From contig OY970067.1 in assembly GCA_963705305.1 (NCBI GenBank), positions 4,224,001 through 4,288,000 of the forward strand: a stretch of 64,000 nucleotides of DNA, in the 5' to 3' direction. The position numbers were made by a program, and so were the translations under genes. The notes below the pieces were generated by a model, which was not told where the DNA came from, searched no databases, and saw only the letters and a program-made list of their open reading frames with translations. The stretch is from an uncultured Methylomirabilota bacterium. GTDB taxonomy: Bacteria; Methylomirabilota; Methylomirabilia; Methylomirabilales; 2-02-FULL-66-22. Position 1 is the first letter of the stretch. Each line of letters begins with the position of its first letter. Shown in pieces: positions 1 through 10,777 of the stretch.

Positions 1-445
1 GCCCCAACCAGAAGATGGGCATGGACACACCCGTCAGCGCCACCAGATGGGACAGCCCGTCCAGCACCGAATTGCGCCGGACGGCGGAGACGATGCCCAT
101 GGGGACCCCGACCAGGACGGCGAGGCAGATAGCGGCGACCGCCAGCTCGACCGTGGCGGGAAACCGGCGCCAGAGGTCGCGCAGCACTGGGTCCCCCCGC
201 AGGATGGATGTCCCCAGGTCGCCCCGCAGGATCTTGTGGGCGTAGATCAGGTACTGCGCGTAGAGCGGCCTGTCCAGGCCCAGCTGGGCGCGGACCTCCG
301 CCACCCGCTCGGGCGTGGCCCGCTCTCCCAGCATGGCCACGGCCGGATCGCCAGGGATGAGGTGGATGAAACCGAAGACGATGACCGAGATCCCGACGAG
401 GACGGGGACGATCGTGAGGAATCGCTTGATGGCGTACTGGCCCAC
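1..445 (-). CDS. dppB: Dipeptide/oligopeptide ABC transporter permease (N-terminal part, runs off window edge)
   Basis: Manual translation from GTG at 445: MGQYAIKRFLTIVPVLVGISVIVFGFIHLIPGDPA, the typical DppB/OppB N-terminus; directly downstream of the peptide-binding protein gene. Confidence 0.85.
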   Translation of the reverse strand, partial: MGQYAIKRFLTIVPVLVGISVIVFGFIHLIPGDPAVAMLGERATPERVAEVRAQLGLDRPLYAQYLIYAHKILRGDLGTSILRGDPVLRDLWRRFPATVELAVAAICLAVLVGVPMGIVSAVRRNSVLDGLSHLVALTGVSMPIFWLG

Positions 446-476
446 GGCGCACCCGTTCTCGCCGGCTCTCTTCCGA

Positions 477-2093
477 CTACTGAACAGAGACGGTGTTGAA
501 GTACTCGGTATTGGTGGGGTTCGCCACGTACCCCTTCACCGTCTTCAGGAACGCCAGCGGCGGCTGGTTGTTGGCGATGAAGATCCGCGCGACATCATCG
601 TGGATCATCTGCTCCGCCTTGCGGTACAGCTCCGCCCGCTGTTTCTGAACGGTCAGCTTCTGCGCATCGAGCAGGACTTCGGTCAGCGCCGGGTTGGCGT
701 AGAAGCCCTCCCGCGAGGCGCCGGGGCTGCAGAAGAAGTAGCAGACGAAGTTATCAGGGTCGCCGTTGTCCCCCGTCCAGCCCAGCATGTACAGGGGGAG
801 CTGCCCGTTCTTCCGCTTGTCCAGATAGACGGCCCAGTCCGTGGTCTGGAGCTGCACCGTGATCCCCACCTTGGCGAGATCCGCGGCCATGGCCTCGGCG
901 ATCTCCTTGGGGTTGGGGTAGTACGGCCGGGACACTGGCATGTACCAGAGCTGGAGCGGCTCTTTCCGGCCGTCCGCCCAGGTGATCTCCTTGAGGCCCT
1001 GGGCGAACCCGGCGTCTTTCAGAAGCTGGCGGGCCTGCTGGGGATTGTACGCGTAATCCTTCAACTCGGAGTTGTACCCCCACAGGGCCGGGGGCTGGAA
1101 CTCCTTGGCCAGAATGCCCGTCCCCCCGTAGAGGGCGTCCACGATCCCCTTTTTGTTGATGGCCTGGTCGATGGCCTGACGCACACGCCCGTCCTGGAAC
1201 TCCTTCACCTTGTAGTTGAAGGCCAAATATCCCGTGTTGTTCGCCGGCCGCAGGATGATCTGGAGCTTCGGATCGGCCTGCACCACCTTAACGTCATCGG
1301 GATTCAGGCCCTCCATGCCGTGGATCTCCCCGGCCTTCAGAGCGGCCAGCCGCTGGGAGCTGTCCTTGATGTTCCGCACGATCACCCGCTGAACCTTGGG
1401 CATGCCGGCCTTGTCCCAGTAATCCTTGTTTGCCTCCAGGACCACCTCCTGCCCCACCTTCCACTCGACGAACTTGAAGGGGCCCGTCCCCACGGGATGC
1501 TTGGAGTACTCAACCCCCCACTTCTCCACCGCCGTGGGACTGACGAGGTCGAAGACGTACATGGCCAGGTTGGCCAGGAAGGGGCCCTGCGGCGTCTTCA
1601 GGGTGATGCGGACCGTGTGCGGATCCACCGCCTCCACTTTGGTAATGAGGCTCTTGTCGTCGAAGCCGCCGAATTGCGCCTCGTAGTACTCGAAGGTCTT
1701 CCCGGCCTTGATCTGGTTCTCGTGCTGGGGGTGCGTGCTGAAACGCCAGCGTTCGAAGTTCCAGACCACCGCCTTGGCATCGAAGGGGGTCCCGTCCTGG
1801 AACTTGACGTTCCTCCGCAGGGTGAAGGTCCAGACCTTGCCATCCGGACTCACCTGCCACTTTTCGGCCAGCCCCGGAATGATATCGGTCGTGGCACCCT
1901 TGTACTTCACCAGCCCCTCGTAGATCTGTCGCGTGATGCGCGAGGAGATCCCGTCGGTGATGATGGCGGGATCGAGATCGACGGGCTCGCCCTGCGCCCC
2001 GAAGATGAAGGTGGATTGGGCCAGGGCTGTTCCCGCCCCCGACACGAGCAGAGCCAGAATCGCGAGACCGACCAGGCGGACCGCAGTACGCAT
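477..2093 (-). CDS. dppA: Peptide ABC transporter substrate-binding protein (SBP family 5)
   Basis: Signal peptide; LDP...IYEGLV...PGLAEKW...WTFTLRRNVKFQDGTPF and PVGTGPF motifs. Confidence 0.9.
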   Translation of the reverse strand: MRTAVRLVGLAILALLVSGAGTALAQSTFIFGAQGEPVDLDPAIITDGISSRITRQIYEGLVKYKGATTDIIPGLAEKWQVSPDGKVWTFTLRRNVKFQDGTPFDAKAVVWNFERWRFSTHPQHENQIKAGKTFEYYEAQFGGFDDKSLITKVEAVDPHTVRITLKTPQGPFLANLAMYVFDLVSPTAVEKWGVEYSKHPVGTGPFKFVEWKVGQEVVLEANKDYWDKAGMPKVQRVIVRNIKDSSQRLAALKAGEIHGMEGLNPDDVKVVQADPKLQIILRPANNTGYLAFNYKVKEFQDGRVRQAIDQAINKKGIVDALYGGTGILAKEFQPPALWGYNSELKDYAYNPQQARQLLKDAGFAQGLKEITWADGRKEPLQLWYMPVSRPYYPNPKEIAEAMAADLAKVGITVQLQTTDWAVYLDKRKNGQLPLYMLGWTGDNGDPDNFVCYFFCSPGASREGFYANPALTEVLLDAQKLTVQKQRAELYRKAEQMIHDDVARIFIANNQPPLAFLKTVKGYVANPTNTEYFNTVSVQ

Positions 2094-2209
2094 GACTCCT
2101 CCTCCTTCCGCGAGACGCGCCGTGTGGTTCGGGCGCGCCGGGGCGACTCCTCACCCGGCGGCCTCCGACGAGCCCCGCGACGCGGCCGGCCGGCCGCGGC
2201 GCGGGATGT

Positions 2210-3405
<1,196 letters not shown>

Positions 3406-3409
<4 letters not shown>

Positions 3410-3912
3410 GTCTGCCTCCTTCCAGAGGGCGTGTGGCTCGCCCGCTGCCGGAGCAGGGTGGCGGCCAGGGGCGGGACGAGGTCGTCCACGGCGCCACCCA
3501 GCAGGGCCACCTCCTTCACGAGACGCGAGCTGAGGTAGGTGTAGGATTGGTTGGGCATGAGGAAGATCGTCTCGATCTCGTCGTTGATCTTCCGGTTCAT
3601 GAGGGCCATGGCGAATTCGAACTCGAAGTCCGAGACGGCGCGGACCCCCCGCACGATGACCTGCGCCCCCTTGCTCCGCACGTAGTCGACCGTCAGGTCG
3701 CTGAAGCTGTCCACCTCGACGCGATCCAGGTCCGCGGTGGCCTCCCGCACGATCGCCAGCCGCTCCTCCAGGGTGAAGAGGGGGGTCTTATGGGGATTGT
3801 TCGCCACCGCCACGACCAGCCGCGAAAAGAGCCGCGTGGCCCGGCGCACCAGGTCGATATGGCCGTTGGTGAACGGGTCGAACGTCCCCGGGTAGACCGC
3901 GGTTATTTGCAT
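3406..3912 (-). CDS. coaD: Phosphopantetheine adenylyltransferase
   Basis: MQITAVYPGTFDPFTNGH, RGVRAVSDFEFE, SSRLVKE; start refined to ATG 3912. Confidence 0.95.
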
Positions 3913-4466
3913 GGCAACTCCTTGCGATAGAGGGTCAAGCTGTTGCTGCCGTAGCGCCGCTGGCGGATGCGCCTGAGCACCCCGGCCTGCTCCGGAAGGA
4001 TCGTTTTGTGAAACGCCTGCACAAAAGCGGCGCCATTCTCCCTCAAGTGTTCTCCGGACGCAAGGGCTTCGATGCATTCGCGGGCGAGCTCCGTGGCGTA
4101 GGGAGGATCGACGAAAATCACGTCGAACGTCTCCCCGGCCGCCGCCAGCCGCGCCAGCGCCGACACGCCGTCGGCCTCCATCACGCGGGCCCGCGCCGCG
4201 CAGTCCAGCGCGGCCAGATTGGCCCGCAGGCTGCGGACGGCCACCCCGTCGCGCTCGACGAAAGTGGCATCAGCGGCCCCCCGGCTGAGCGCCTCCAGTC
4301 CCACGGCGCCCGTACCGGCGTACAGATCCAAGACCCGAGCACCCCGGATCCCCGGACCGACGATGTTGAAGAGGGCCTGGCGCAGGATGGCCGGCGTCGG
4401 TCGGGTCCGGCCGCCTTTGGGGCTCTGCAGGCGGTGTCCCCGCTTTGCTCCCCCTTCGATTCGCAT
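3903..4466 (-). CDS. rsmD: 16S rRNA (guanine(966)-N2)-methyltransferase
   Basis: MRIEGG..RG..L, TRPT, LDLYAGTGAVGLEALSRGA, DPPY; conserved rsmD-coaD synteny. Confidence 0.93.
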   Translation of the reverse strand: MRIEGGAKRGHRLQSPKGGRTRPTPAILRQALFNIVGPGIRGARVLDLYAGTGAVGLEALSRGAADATFVERDGVAVRSLRANLAALDCAARARVMEADGVSALARLAAAGETFDVIFVDPPYATELARECIEALASGEHLRENGAAFVQAFHKTILPEQAGVLRRIRQRRYGSNSLTLYRKELPCK

Positions 4467-4602
4467 GCATCCTCCGGGAATACCCCGCCTGTGTTGTGCC
4501 TTGGAAATCTGTTGCCGTGTCGTCACCGCGGCTCTAGCCCGAGCTCATTCTCGCGAATGTTAGGGGCGTGGTAAACTCGAACGGGGGGAGCAGATGGTTT
4601 TT

Positions 4603-4671
4603 CGTCACCCCGGTGAAAACCGGGGTCCAGAACTGCGCCTCGCCTGGATTCCGGCATTCGCCGAAATGACG
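4603..4671. repeat. REP-like doublet (two palindromic units in inverted orientation)
   Basis: CGTCACCCCGGTGAAAACCGGGGTCCAG ... CTGGATTCCGGCATTCGCCGAAATGACG in the recG-rsmD intergenic region. Confidence 0.75.
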
Positions 4672-4719
4672 GAAGGGGATCTGGGGTGCCCCTCCTCGGC
4701 TCTCAGCAGCCTGTTAGGC

Positions 4720-6780
4720 CTACCCCACCCGGGCCAGCCCCACACGGGCCGCCCAGCGCGCCTCCACCGCCCGGCGGAGACCCGCCCAAGGCCCGTCCAG
4801 CTCCGGCGCTTCCGAGAGGACCGCCGCGGCCGCGGCGCGCGCCTCCTCCAAGAGCGCGAGGTCGGCCCGCAGATCCCCCAGCCGGAATCCGTCCACGCCG
4901 GCCTGCCGGGTTCCGAAGAACTCCCCGGGACCGCGCTGGGCCAGGTCCGCCTCCGCCAGCGCAAACCCGTCCCGCTCCCGGACCAGCGCCTCGAGGCGCG
5001 CCCGCGCGTCCTCGGTGATCTCCCCCTGCTCCGCCACCAGGAAGCAGCAGCCCGGGCGATCGGCGCGCCCCACCCGCCCCCGCAGCTGGTGAAGCTGGGC
5101 CAGTCCCAGCCGGTCCGGGTGCTCGATGACGATCGTCGTCGCCTCCGGCACATCCATGCCGACCTCGACGACGGTCGTCGCCACCAGCAGCCCCACCCGT
5201 CCCTCGCGGAAGGCGGCGATCGCCGCCAGCTTCTCGGCCGCGGGCAGGCGGCCGTGGACCAGTCCGACCCCGAACCGGCCCAGGGGGCCGCGCCGGTACA
5301 CATCGGCCGTCTGGACGGCCGCCGTGAGCTCCGCCGCCGACTCGTCCACCACCGGGCACACCACGTAGGCCCGCTCGCCGCGGGCCAGGCGCTCCGCCAG
5401 CATCGCCTGGATGCGGGGCCGCTCGGCGTCCCCCACCCAGGCGGTCTCCACCGGGCGGCGACCGGGGGGCATCTCGTCGATCACGCTGATGTCCAGATCG
5501 CCGTACAGGACCAGCGCCAGGCTCCTGGGGATGGGCGTGGCCGTCATGACCAGGACATGCGGGTGTCCCCCCTTCTGCTGCAGGCTGGCCCGCTGCAGGA
5601 CGCCGAACCGATGCTGCTCGTCCACGACCGCGAAGCCCAGCCGGCCGAAGCGCACGTCCTCCTGCAGCAGGGCGTGGGTCCCGATGACCAGGCACGGAGC
5701 CCCCGACGCCAGCGTCTCCAGGATCGCCTGCCGCGCGCGGCCCGCCACACCGCCCGGCAGGTGCGTCACCGCAACGCCCAGGGGCTCTGCCAGCGCGCGG
5801 GCCCGCTCGGCGTGCTGGGCGGCCAGGATCTCGGTGGGGGCCATCAGGGCCGCCTGGTATCCGTTCCCGACGGCCGTCAGCGCCGCCAGCAGCGCCACGA
5901 TGGTCTTCCCCGAGCCCACGTCGCCCTGGAGGAGCCGCCGCATCGGTTGCGGCTGCGACAGATCGGCCCAGATGGCCTCCAGGGCTGTCCGCTGTCCCGC
6001 CGTCAGGATGAAGGGCAAGGCCGCCAGCGCCTGCTCGGCCAGCGGGCCCGGGGCGCACATTGGAAACCCGGCCAGGCTCGCGCCGGCGCGGCGCGCCTGC
6101 AGCAGCCCCAGGCTGAACAGAAAGAACTCCTCGAAGGCCAGCCGGCGGCGGGCGGTCTCCGCCTCCCCCATCTCGGCTGGCAGATGCAGTCCGGTGATGG
6201 CCTCCGCCAGGGAGACCAGCCGGTGCCGGGACCGCAGGCATTCGGGTAGGACATCCGCCAGGCCGCCGGCGCAACCCCGCACGAGGTCGGCCAGGAACCG
6301 GCGCAGGAAGCGCTGCGACAGACCGGCCGTCAAGGGATAGATGGGGACGATGCGGCCCGTGTGGTACTGCGCATCCTCCCCGTCCAGGACCTCGTACTCC
6401 GGATTGACCATCTCGCGGGGCGGATAGGAGGGTAGCTTGCCCGCCAGGACCAGCGAAAGGCCGCGGCGGAAGATGCGCGAGAGGTACGGCTGGCGGTACC
6501 AGCGCGCCAGGAGCGTTCCGCTGCCGTCCTCCAGCATGATCTCGCAGTAGGGGATTCCCCGCCGGGTCCGGCCGGCGCCCACGGCCTTCACCCGTCCGGC
6601 CACGCTCTGGAACTCTCCCGGGCGGAGGCGCCCGATCGGCAGCAGGGCTCGGCGGTCCTCGTAGCGCCGCGGCACCAGGAGGAGCGCCTCGCCGACCGTC
6701 CGGGCGCCCAGCCTGGCCAGGCGCCCGGCCCGGGACGGCCCGATGCCCGTCAGGGCCGCCAGCGGGGTTTCGGGCGTCAT
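4720..6780 (-). CDS. recG: ATP-dependent DNA helicase RecG
   Basis: Wedge/OB domain, LQGDVGSGKT, DEQHRFG, MTATPIPRSL, QLRGRVGR, RGPGE; start uncertain (6780 or 6828). Confidence 0.95.
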   Translation of the reverse strand: MTPETPLAALTGIGPSRAGRLARLGARTVGEALLLVPRRYEDRRALLPIGRLRPGEFQSVAGRVKAVGAGRTRRGIPYCEIMLEDGSGTLLARWYRQPYLSRIFRRGLSLVLAGKLPSYPPREMVNPEYEVLDGEDAQYHTGRIVPIYPLTAGLSQRFLRRFLADLVRGCAGGLADVLPECLRSRHRLVSLAEAITGLHLPAEMGEAETARRRLAFEEFFLFSLGLLQARRAGASLAGFPMCAPGPLAEQALAALPFILTAGQRTALEAIWADLSQPQPMRRLLQGDVGSGKTIVALLAALTAVGNGYQAALMAPTEILAAQHAERARALAEPLGVAVTHLPGGVAGRARQAILETLASGAPCLVIGTHALLQEDVRFGRLGFAVVDEQHRFGVLQRASLQQKGGHPHVLVMTATPIPRSLALVLYGDLDISVIDEMPPGRRPVETAWVGDAERPRIQAMLAERLARGERAYVVCPVVDESAAELTAAVQTADVYRRGPLGRFGVGLVHGRLPAAEKLAAIAAFREGRVGLLVATTVVEVGMDVPEATTIVIEHPDRLGLAQLHQLRGRVGRADRPGCCFLVAEQGEITEDARARLEALVRERDGFALAEADLAQRGPGEFFGTRQAGVDGFRLGDLRADLALLEEARAAAAAVLSEAPELDGPWAGLRRAVEARWAARVGLARVG

Positions 6781-6810
6781 CGCCGGAGGCGTGGAACGAC
6801 TAGAAAAGGC

Positions 6811-6839
6811 TTGCCTTTGCGGGGTCAATTCAGTATAGT
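6811..6839 (+). promoter_or_regulatory. Putative sigma70 promoter of rpmB
   Basis: TTGCCT-17 nt-TATAGT about 50 nt upstream of the rpmB ATG. Confidence 0.55.
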
Positions 6840-6890
6840 TCGGCGCCGTTGTCCGACAGACGCCAGACTCGAGAGAAGGGAGAACTGCTT

Positions 6891-7085
6891 ATGCCTGCCA
6901 CGCGATGCGAAGTCTGCGGGAAAGGGCCGCAGGCCGGTGCCCAGGTCAGTCACGCGCACAACGTCTCGCACAAGCGCCGCTTCCCCAACATTCAGCGCGT
7001 CCGCGCCATGGTGAACGGGGCGCCGCGCTACATTCACGTCTGCACCCGCTGCCTCCGCTCCGGCAAGGTCCAGAAGGCGGCCTGA
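6891..7085 (+). CDS. rpmB: 50S ribosomal protein L28
   Basis: RCEVCGKGP..G..VSHAHN..KRRFPNIQ...VCTRCLRSGKV. Confidence 0.95.
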   Translation: MPATRCEVCGKGPQAGAQVSHAHNVSHKRRFPNIQRVRAMVNGAPRYIHVCTRCLRSGKVQKAA

Positions 7086-7182
7086 GCCGCTCGATTCGCC
7101 AGTCGACGGGCGCCCCGTCCGGTGTGGGTCGGGCGCGGCTCGTTCGGCCAATTGACGAATCGACCCGTCGACCATTTGACTA

Positions 7183-9348
7183 TCACAAGGACTTGACCCG
7201 CTCCACCCCCACCACCCCATCCACCTTTCCGATCGCCTGCATGGCGGCCTGGAGCTGCCGCAAGTCGTTGACCTCCAAAACGAAGGTGTTCACCCCCGTC
7301 CGCTCTTCCGTGACCCGGATCTCGGCATGGGAGATGTTGGTGTTGGTGCTGGAGATGGCGGTGGTGATCTCCGCCAGCAGGCCGGGACGGTCCGTGCCGA
7401 TCTCCACCCGGATCTTGACCTGGTGGGCCTCCTTCCGCTGGCCGTCCCATGAGACCTCGATCTGGCGATCGGGATCGGACATCAGGCTGGCCGCATTGGG
7501 GCAGTCCACGGTGTGGACGGAGACCCCGCGGCCGCGGGTGATGAAGCCGATGATCTCGTCGCCCGGCACCGGGTTGCAGCACTTGGAGAAGCGCACCAGG
7601 ATGTCGTCGATCCCCCGGATGCGCACCCCCTCTTCCGCCGTCTTGGCCCGCGCCGGCTTGCGCTCGACCTTCTTTTCCTGCGCCTCCTCCGCCTCGGTCA
7701 GCGCCTGGAACTCCTCCGGGGACAGCAGGCGTCCGACTGCCTGCCGCGGGGACACCTTGCCGTAGCCGATGGCGGCAAACAGCTCGTCCTCGGCCTGCAT
7801 CCCGTAGCGCTCCAGTGCCAGGGCCACCGCCTCGGGCTTCAAGAGCTGGGAGGGGCTCTTCCCTAGGCGACGGATCTCCTTTTCCAGCATGTCGCGGCCC
7901 AGGCTCACGCTCCGCTGGCGCTCCTCGTTCTTGATCCATTGCCGGATCTTGCCGCGCGCGCGGGGGGTCTTGACGATCTTCAGCCAGTCCCGGCTCGGGA
8001 GGTGCGTCGGCGAGGTCAGGATCTCGACGATATCTCCATTCTGCAGCTCGGTCCGGAGGGGCACCAGCCGGCCGTTGATCTTGGCCCCGACGCAGTGCAG
8101 CCCGACATCGGTGTGGACCGCAAACGCAAAATCGATGGGCGTGGCCCCCTTGGGGAACTGCTTCACATCGCCTCGCGGCGTGAAGATGTAGACCTCGTCG
8201 GGGAACAGATCCACGCGCAGGGTGTCCAGGAACTCGCGGGAGTCCTTCAGCTCGCGCTGCCACTCCAACAGCTGCCGCAACCAGACAAAGTTCTGGTCCG
8301 TCTGGTCGATGCTGCTCTTGCCCTCTTTGTATTTCCAGTGGGCCGCGATCCCCTCCTCCGCGACACGGTGCATCTCGTGGGTGCGGATCTGGATCTCGAC
8401 GGGATCCCCCTTGGGGCCGATGATGGTGGTGTGCAGGGACTGGTAGCCGTTGCTCTTGGGCACGGCGATGAAGTCCTTGAAGCGGTGCGAGATCGGCTTC
8501 CACAGCGTGTGGATGACCCCCAGGGTTCCGTAGCAGTCCTTGAGCGAGTTGGTGATGACCCGAACCGCCGTGAGATCGTAGATCTCCTCCAGCTCTTTCC
8601 CCTGGTCCTGCATCTTCTTGTAGATGCTGTAGAAGTGCTTCGGCCGGCCGGTGATCTGCGCCTTGATCTCCACCTCGGCCAGCTTCTTGGTCAGCAGGAG
8701 GATCAGGTCGTTGATGTCGCCTTCCCGTTCCTGGCGCTTCTTGGAGATGTGCGCGGTGAGGTCGCGATACGCTTCCGGATCCAGGTGCCGCAGGGCCAGG
8801 TCCTCGAGCTCGGCCTTGATCCAGGAGATGCCCAGCCGGTGCGCCAGCGGCGCGTAGATCTCCAGCGTCTCCTTGGCGATGAGGCGGCGGCGCACCTCCG
8901 GGAGGGGGTCCAGGGTCCGCATGTTGTGCAGGCGGTCGGTCAGCTTCACCAGGATCACCCGGATGTCCTTGGACATGGCCAGGATCATCTTGCGGATGTT
9001 TTCCGCCTGCGCCTCCTCGCGGGTGCTGAAGGGAATGCGGGACAGCTTGGTCACCCCGTCCACCAGGGCGGTGATCTCGTCCCCGAAATGTTCTCGCAGC
9101 TCGTCCAGGGTGGCGTGGGTGTCTTCCACCACATCGTGCAGCAGCCCGGCCGCCACGGTGGAGGTGTCCATGCGAAGCTCGGTGAGCAGGCCGGCAACTT
9201 CCAGCGGGTGGGTGAGGTAGGGTTCGCCCGAGATGCGCTCTTGCCCTTTGTGGGCCTTCGCCGCATAGACGTATGCCCGCATCACCGGATCGACGTCTGC
9301 CTGGGGATGGTATTCGTGAATCTTGTCCAGGATGCCTTCTATCCGCAC
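7183..9348 (-). CDS. relA: Bifunctional (p)ppGpp synthetase/hydrolase (RelA/SpoT homolog)
   Basis: HD motif (LHDVVEDT), RPKHFYSI, YQSLHT, EIQIRT, TGS (TPIDFAFAVHT), CC and ACT domains. Confidence 0.95.
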   Translation of the reverse strand: MRIEGILDKIHEYHPQADVDPVMRAYVYAAKAHKGQERISGEPYLTHPLEVAGLLTELRMDTSTVAAGLLHDVVEDTHATLDELREHFGDEITALVDGVTKLSRIPFSTREEAQAENIRKMILAMSKDIRVILVKLTDRLHNMRTLDPLPEVRRRLIAKETLEIYAPLAHRLGISWIKAELEDLALRHLDPEAYRDLTAHISKKRQEREGDINDLILLLTKKLAEVEIKAQITGRPKHFYSIYKKMQDQGKELEEIYDLTAVRVITNSLKDCYGTLGVIHTLWKPISHRFKDFIAVPKSNGYQSLHTTIIGPKGDPVEIQIRTHEMHRVAEEGIAAHWKYKEGKSSIDQTDQNFVWLRQLLEWQRELKDSREFLDTLRVDLFPDEVYIFTPRGDVKQFPKGATPIDFAFAVHTDVGLHCVGAKINGRLVPLRTELQNGDIVEILTSPTHLPSRDWLKIVKTPRARGKIRQWIKNEERQRSVSLGRDMLEKEIRRLGKSPSQLLKPEAVALALERYGMQAEDELFAAIGYGKVSPRQAVGRLLSPEEFQALTEAEEAQEKKVERKPARAKTAEEGVRIRGIDDILVRFSKCCNPVPGDEIIGFITRGRGVSVHTVDCPNAASLMSDPDRQIEVSWDGQRKEAHQVKIRVEIGTDRPGLLAEITTAISSTNTNISHAEIRVTEERTGVNTFVLEVNDLRQLQAAMQAIGKVDGVVGVERVKSL

Positions 9349-9877
9349 CGTCGTTTCCCCCGGCGCCCGAGCGCCTGCAAAGGTAGTCTACACGGCGCTT
9401 TTCGGGGGTTCAAGGAATATCTCCGGGGCCACCGCCGCGTGCCGGCGGGCCTCTTTCGGCGGCTGGCTGGGCGCGATCGCCCGGCGGCTCATGCGCCTCA
9501 TGCAGCGTCCCGCAGGCGGCACCGTCTGGGTGGATCCGCAGGTCGTGGTGGCGATCCAGTATGCCGACCTGCGAAGAACCCCTGTATCCTGACGGCATGG
9601 CTCTTCGGGTCGCGAGGATCGCCCGCATCCGGGACGACAAGGCGCCCGCCGAGGCCGATTCCATCAAATTAACAAATCTATTCAAGAATTAAGCGATATC
9701 TTAAATTCGATATACTAATTATTGACTATAACTATTTTTCATATCTATTTATTAATACAGTCTGGTCGTCGCATGATTGTGATGTGAACCGAACCTCTCC
9801 CCTGTCCGCACTTTGCCAGCGGGTGGGCATCAGATCTTGAGTCCAAGCAACCTGTCTCACTGATTGGGGGAGCGGGG

Positions 9878-10096
9878 ATGCGAACGCGCAGGTTGAAACC
9901 TCTGAGATCGGCCGACATCCTGGAAGAAATGCGAGCCTGTCCGGTGGTCTATCTGCCTCTCGGAGCGCTGGAATGGCACGAGCCCCACCTGCCGTATGGA
10001 ACGGACCCGCTCTACGCCTACGAATTCGCTCTTCGCCTGGCCGCCACCGACGCCCCGGTCGGTTTCCTGCACAGGAAGCTCCACGCCCGGGCCTGA
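9878..10096 (+). pseudogene. Truncated creatininase/creatinine amidohydrolase-family gene remnant
   Basis: VVYLPLGALEWHEPHLPYGTD matches the family N-terminal E-x-H-G-P-H-L-P-x-G-T-D motif (G replaced by E); only 72 aa. Confidence 0.7.
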
Positions 10097-10194
10097 TGGC
10101 ACCGCTCTTTACGCGGGTGGGAACGCTCCCCGGCCGGCTGGTCGCAGGCGCCAGCCGGCCGGGGCGGAAAGCTCTTGCGTGGCCCCGGTCCCGG

Positions 10195-10755
10195 TCAAAC
10201 CCTTGCCAGGTCCCGGCTGCGCTCGCGGACCAGCCACCCGCCCGTGCACAGGTCGAAGCACTGCATGCAGGCGCTGCACTCCTCCTCCATCCCCGGGACC
10301 AGGGCCGGGCGCCGATCGATCCCGCGCCCCTTGAAGTAGATGGCGTTCTTCTTGGCCACCTCCGCGCAGAAGCGCACGCACTTCCCGCACAGGCTGCAGT
10401 CGAGGTGCTCCGTGCTGAAGCGGGACCCGGTGATGCCCAGCTCATTGGCGAACTGGGTCGAGGCCGGCCAGAGCAGCTCGACGATCAGCCGGCGGATCTG
10501 GCGGATCCGGTCCGTGGCCGTCCGCACGACCAGTCCCTCTTCCGCTTCGTGCACGCAGGCTGCAACCAGCTTGCAGCGGCCGCCCCGTGCAATCTCCACC
10601 ATGCAGAGCCGGCAGTCGCCGGCGGGCTTGAGCCGGTCGTCGTGGCACAAGGTCGGGATATAGATCCCCGCCTTTCGCGCCGCCTCCAGGATCGTCATGC
10701 CCTTCTCGGCTGTGGTCTTTTTCCCGTCGATTTCCAGCTTGACTATCGTCTTCAT
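10195..10755 (-). CDS. NuoG/HydA N-terminal-like Fe-S protein (2Fe-2S + 2x4Fe-4S), no catalytic domain
   Basis: IPTLCH...CRLC...AAC; CSLCGKCVRFC; CSACMQCFDLC. Confidence 0.88.
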   Translation of the reverse strand: MKTIVKLEIDGKKTTAEKGMTILEAARKAGIYIPTLCHDDRLKPAGDCRLCMVEIARGGRCKLVAACVHEAEEGLVVRTATDRIRQIRRLIVELLWPASTQFANELGITGSRFSTEHLDCSLCGKCVRFCAEVAKKNAIYFKGRGIDRRPALVPGMEEECSACMQCFDLCTGGWLVRERSRDLARV

Positions 10756-10777
10756 GGTCGTCCCCTTCCGGTGCCTG

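Noticed and set aside
9410..9685. 91-aa ORF or riboswitch upstream of relA
   Set aside because: No protein motif or RNA family signature that I can recognise
9824..9842. Possible sigma54 site TGGGCATCAGATCTTGA upstream of the creatininase remnant
   Set aside because: Lacks the GC at the required -12 spacing
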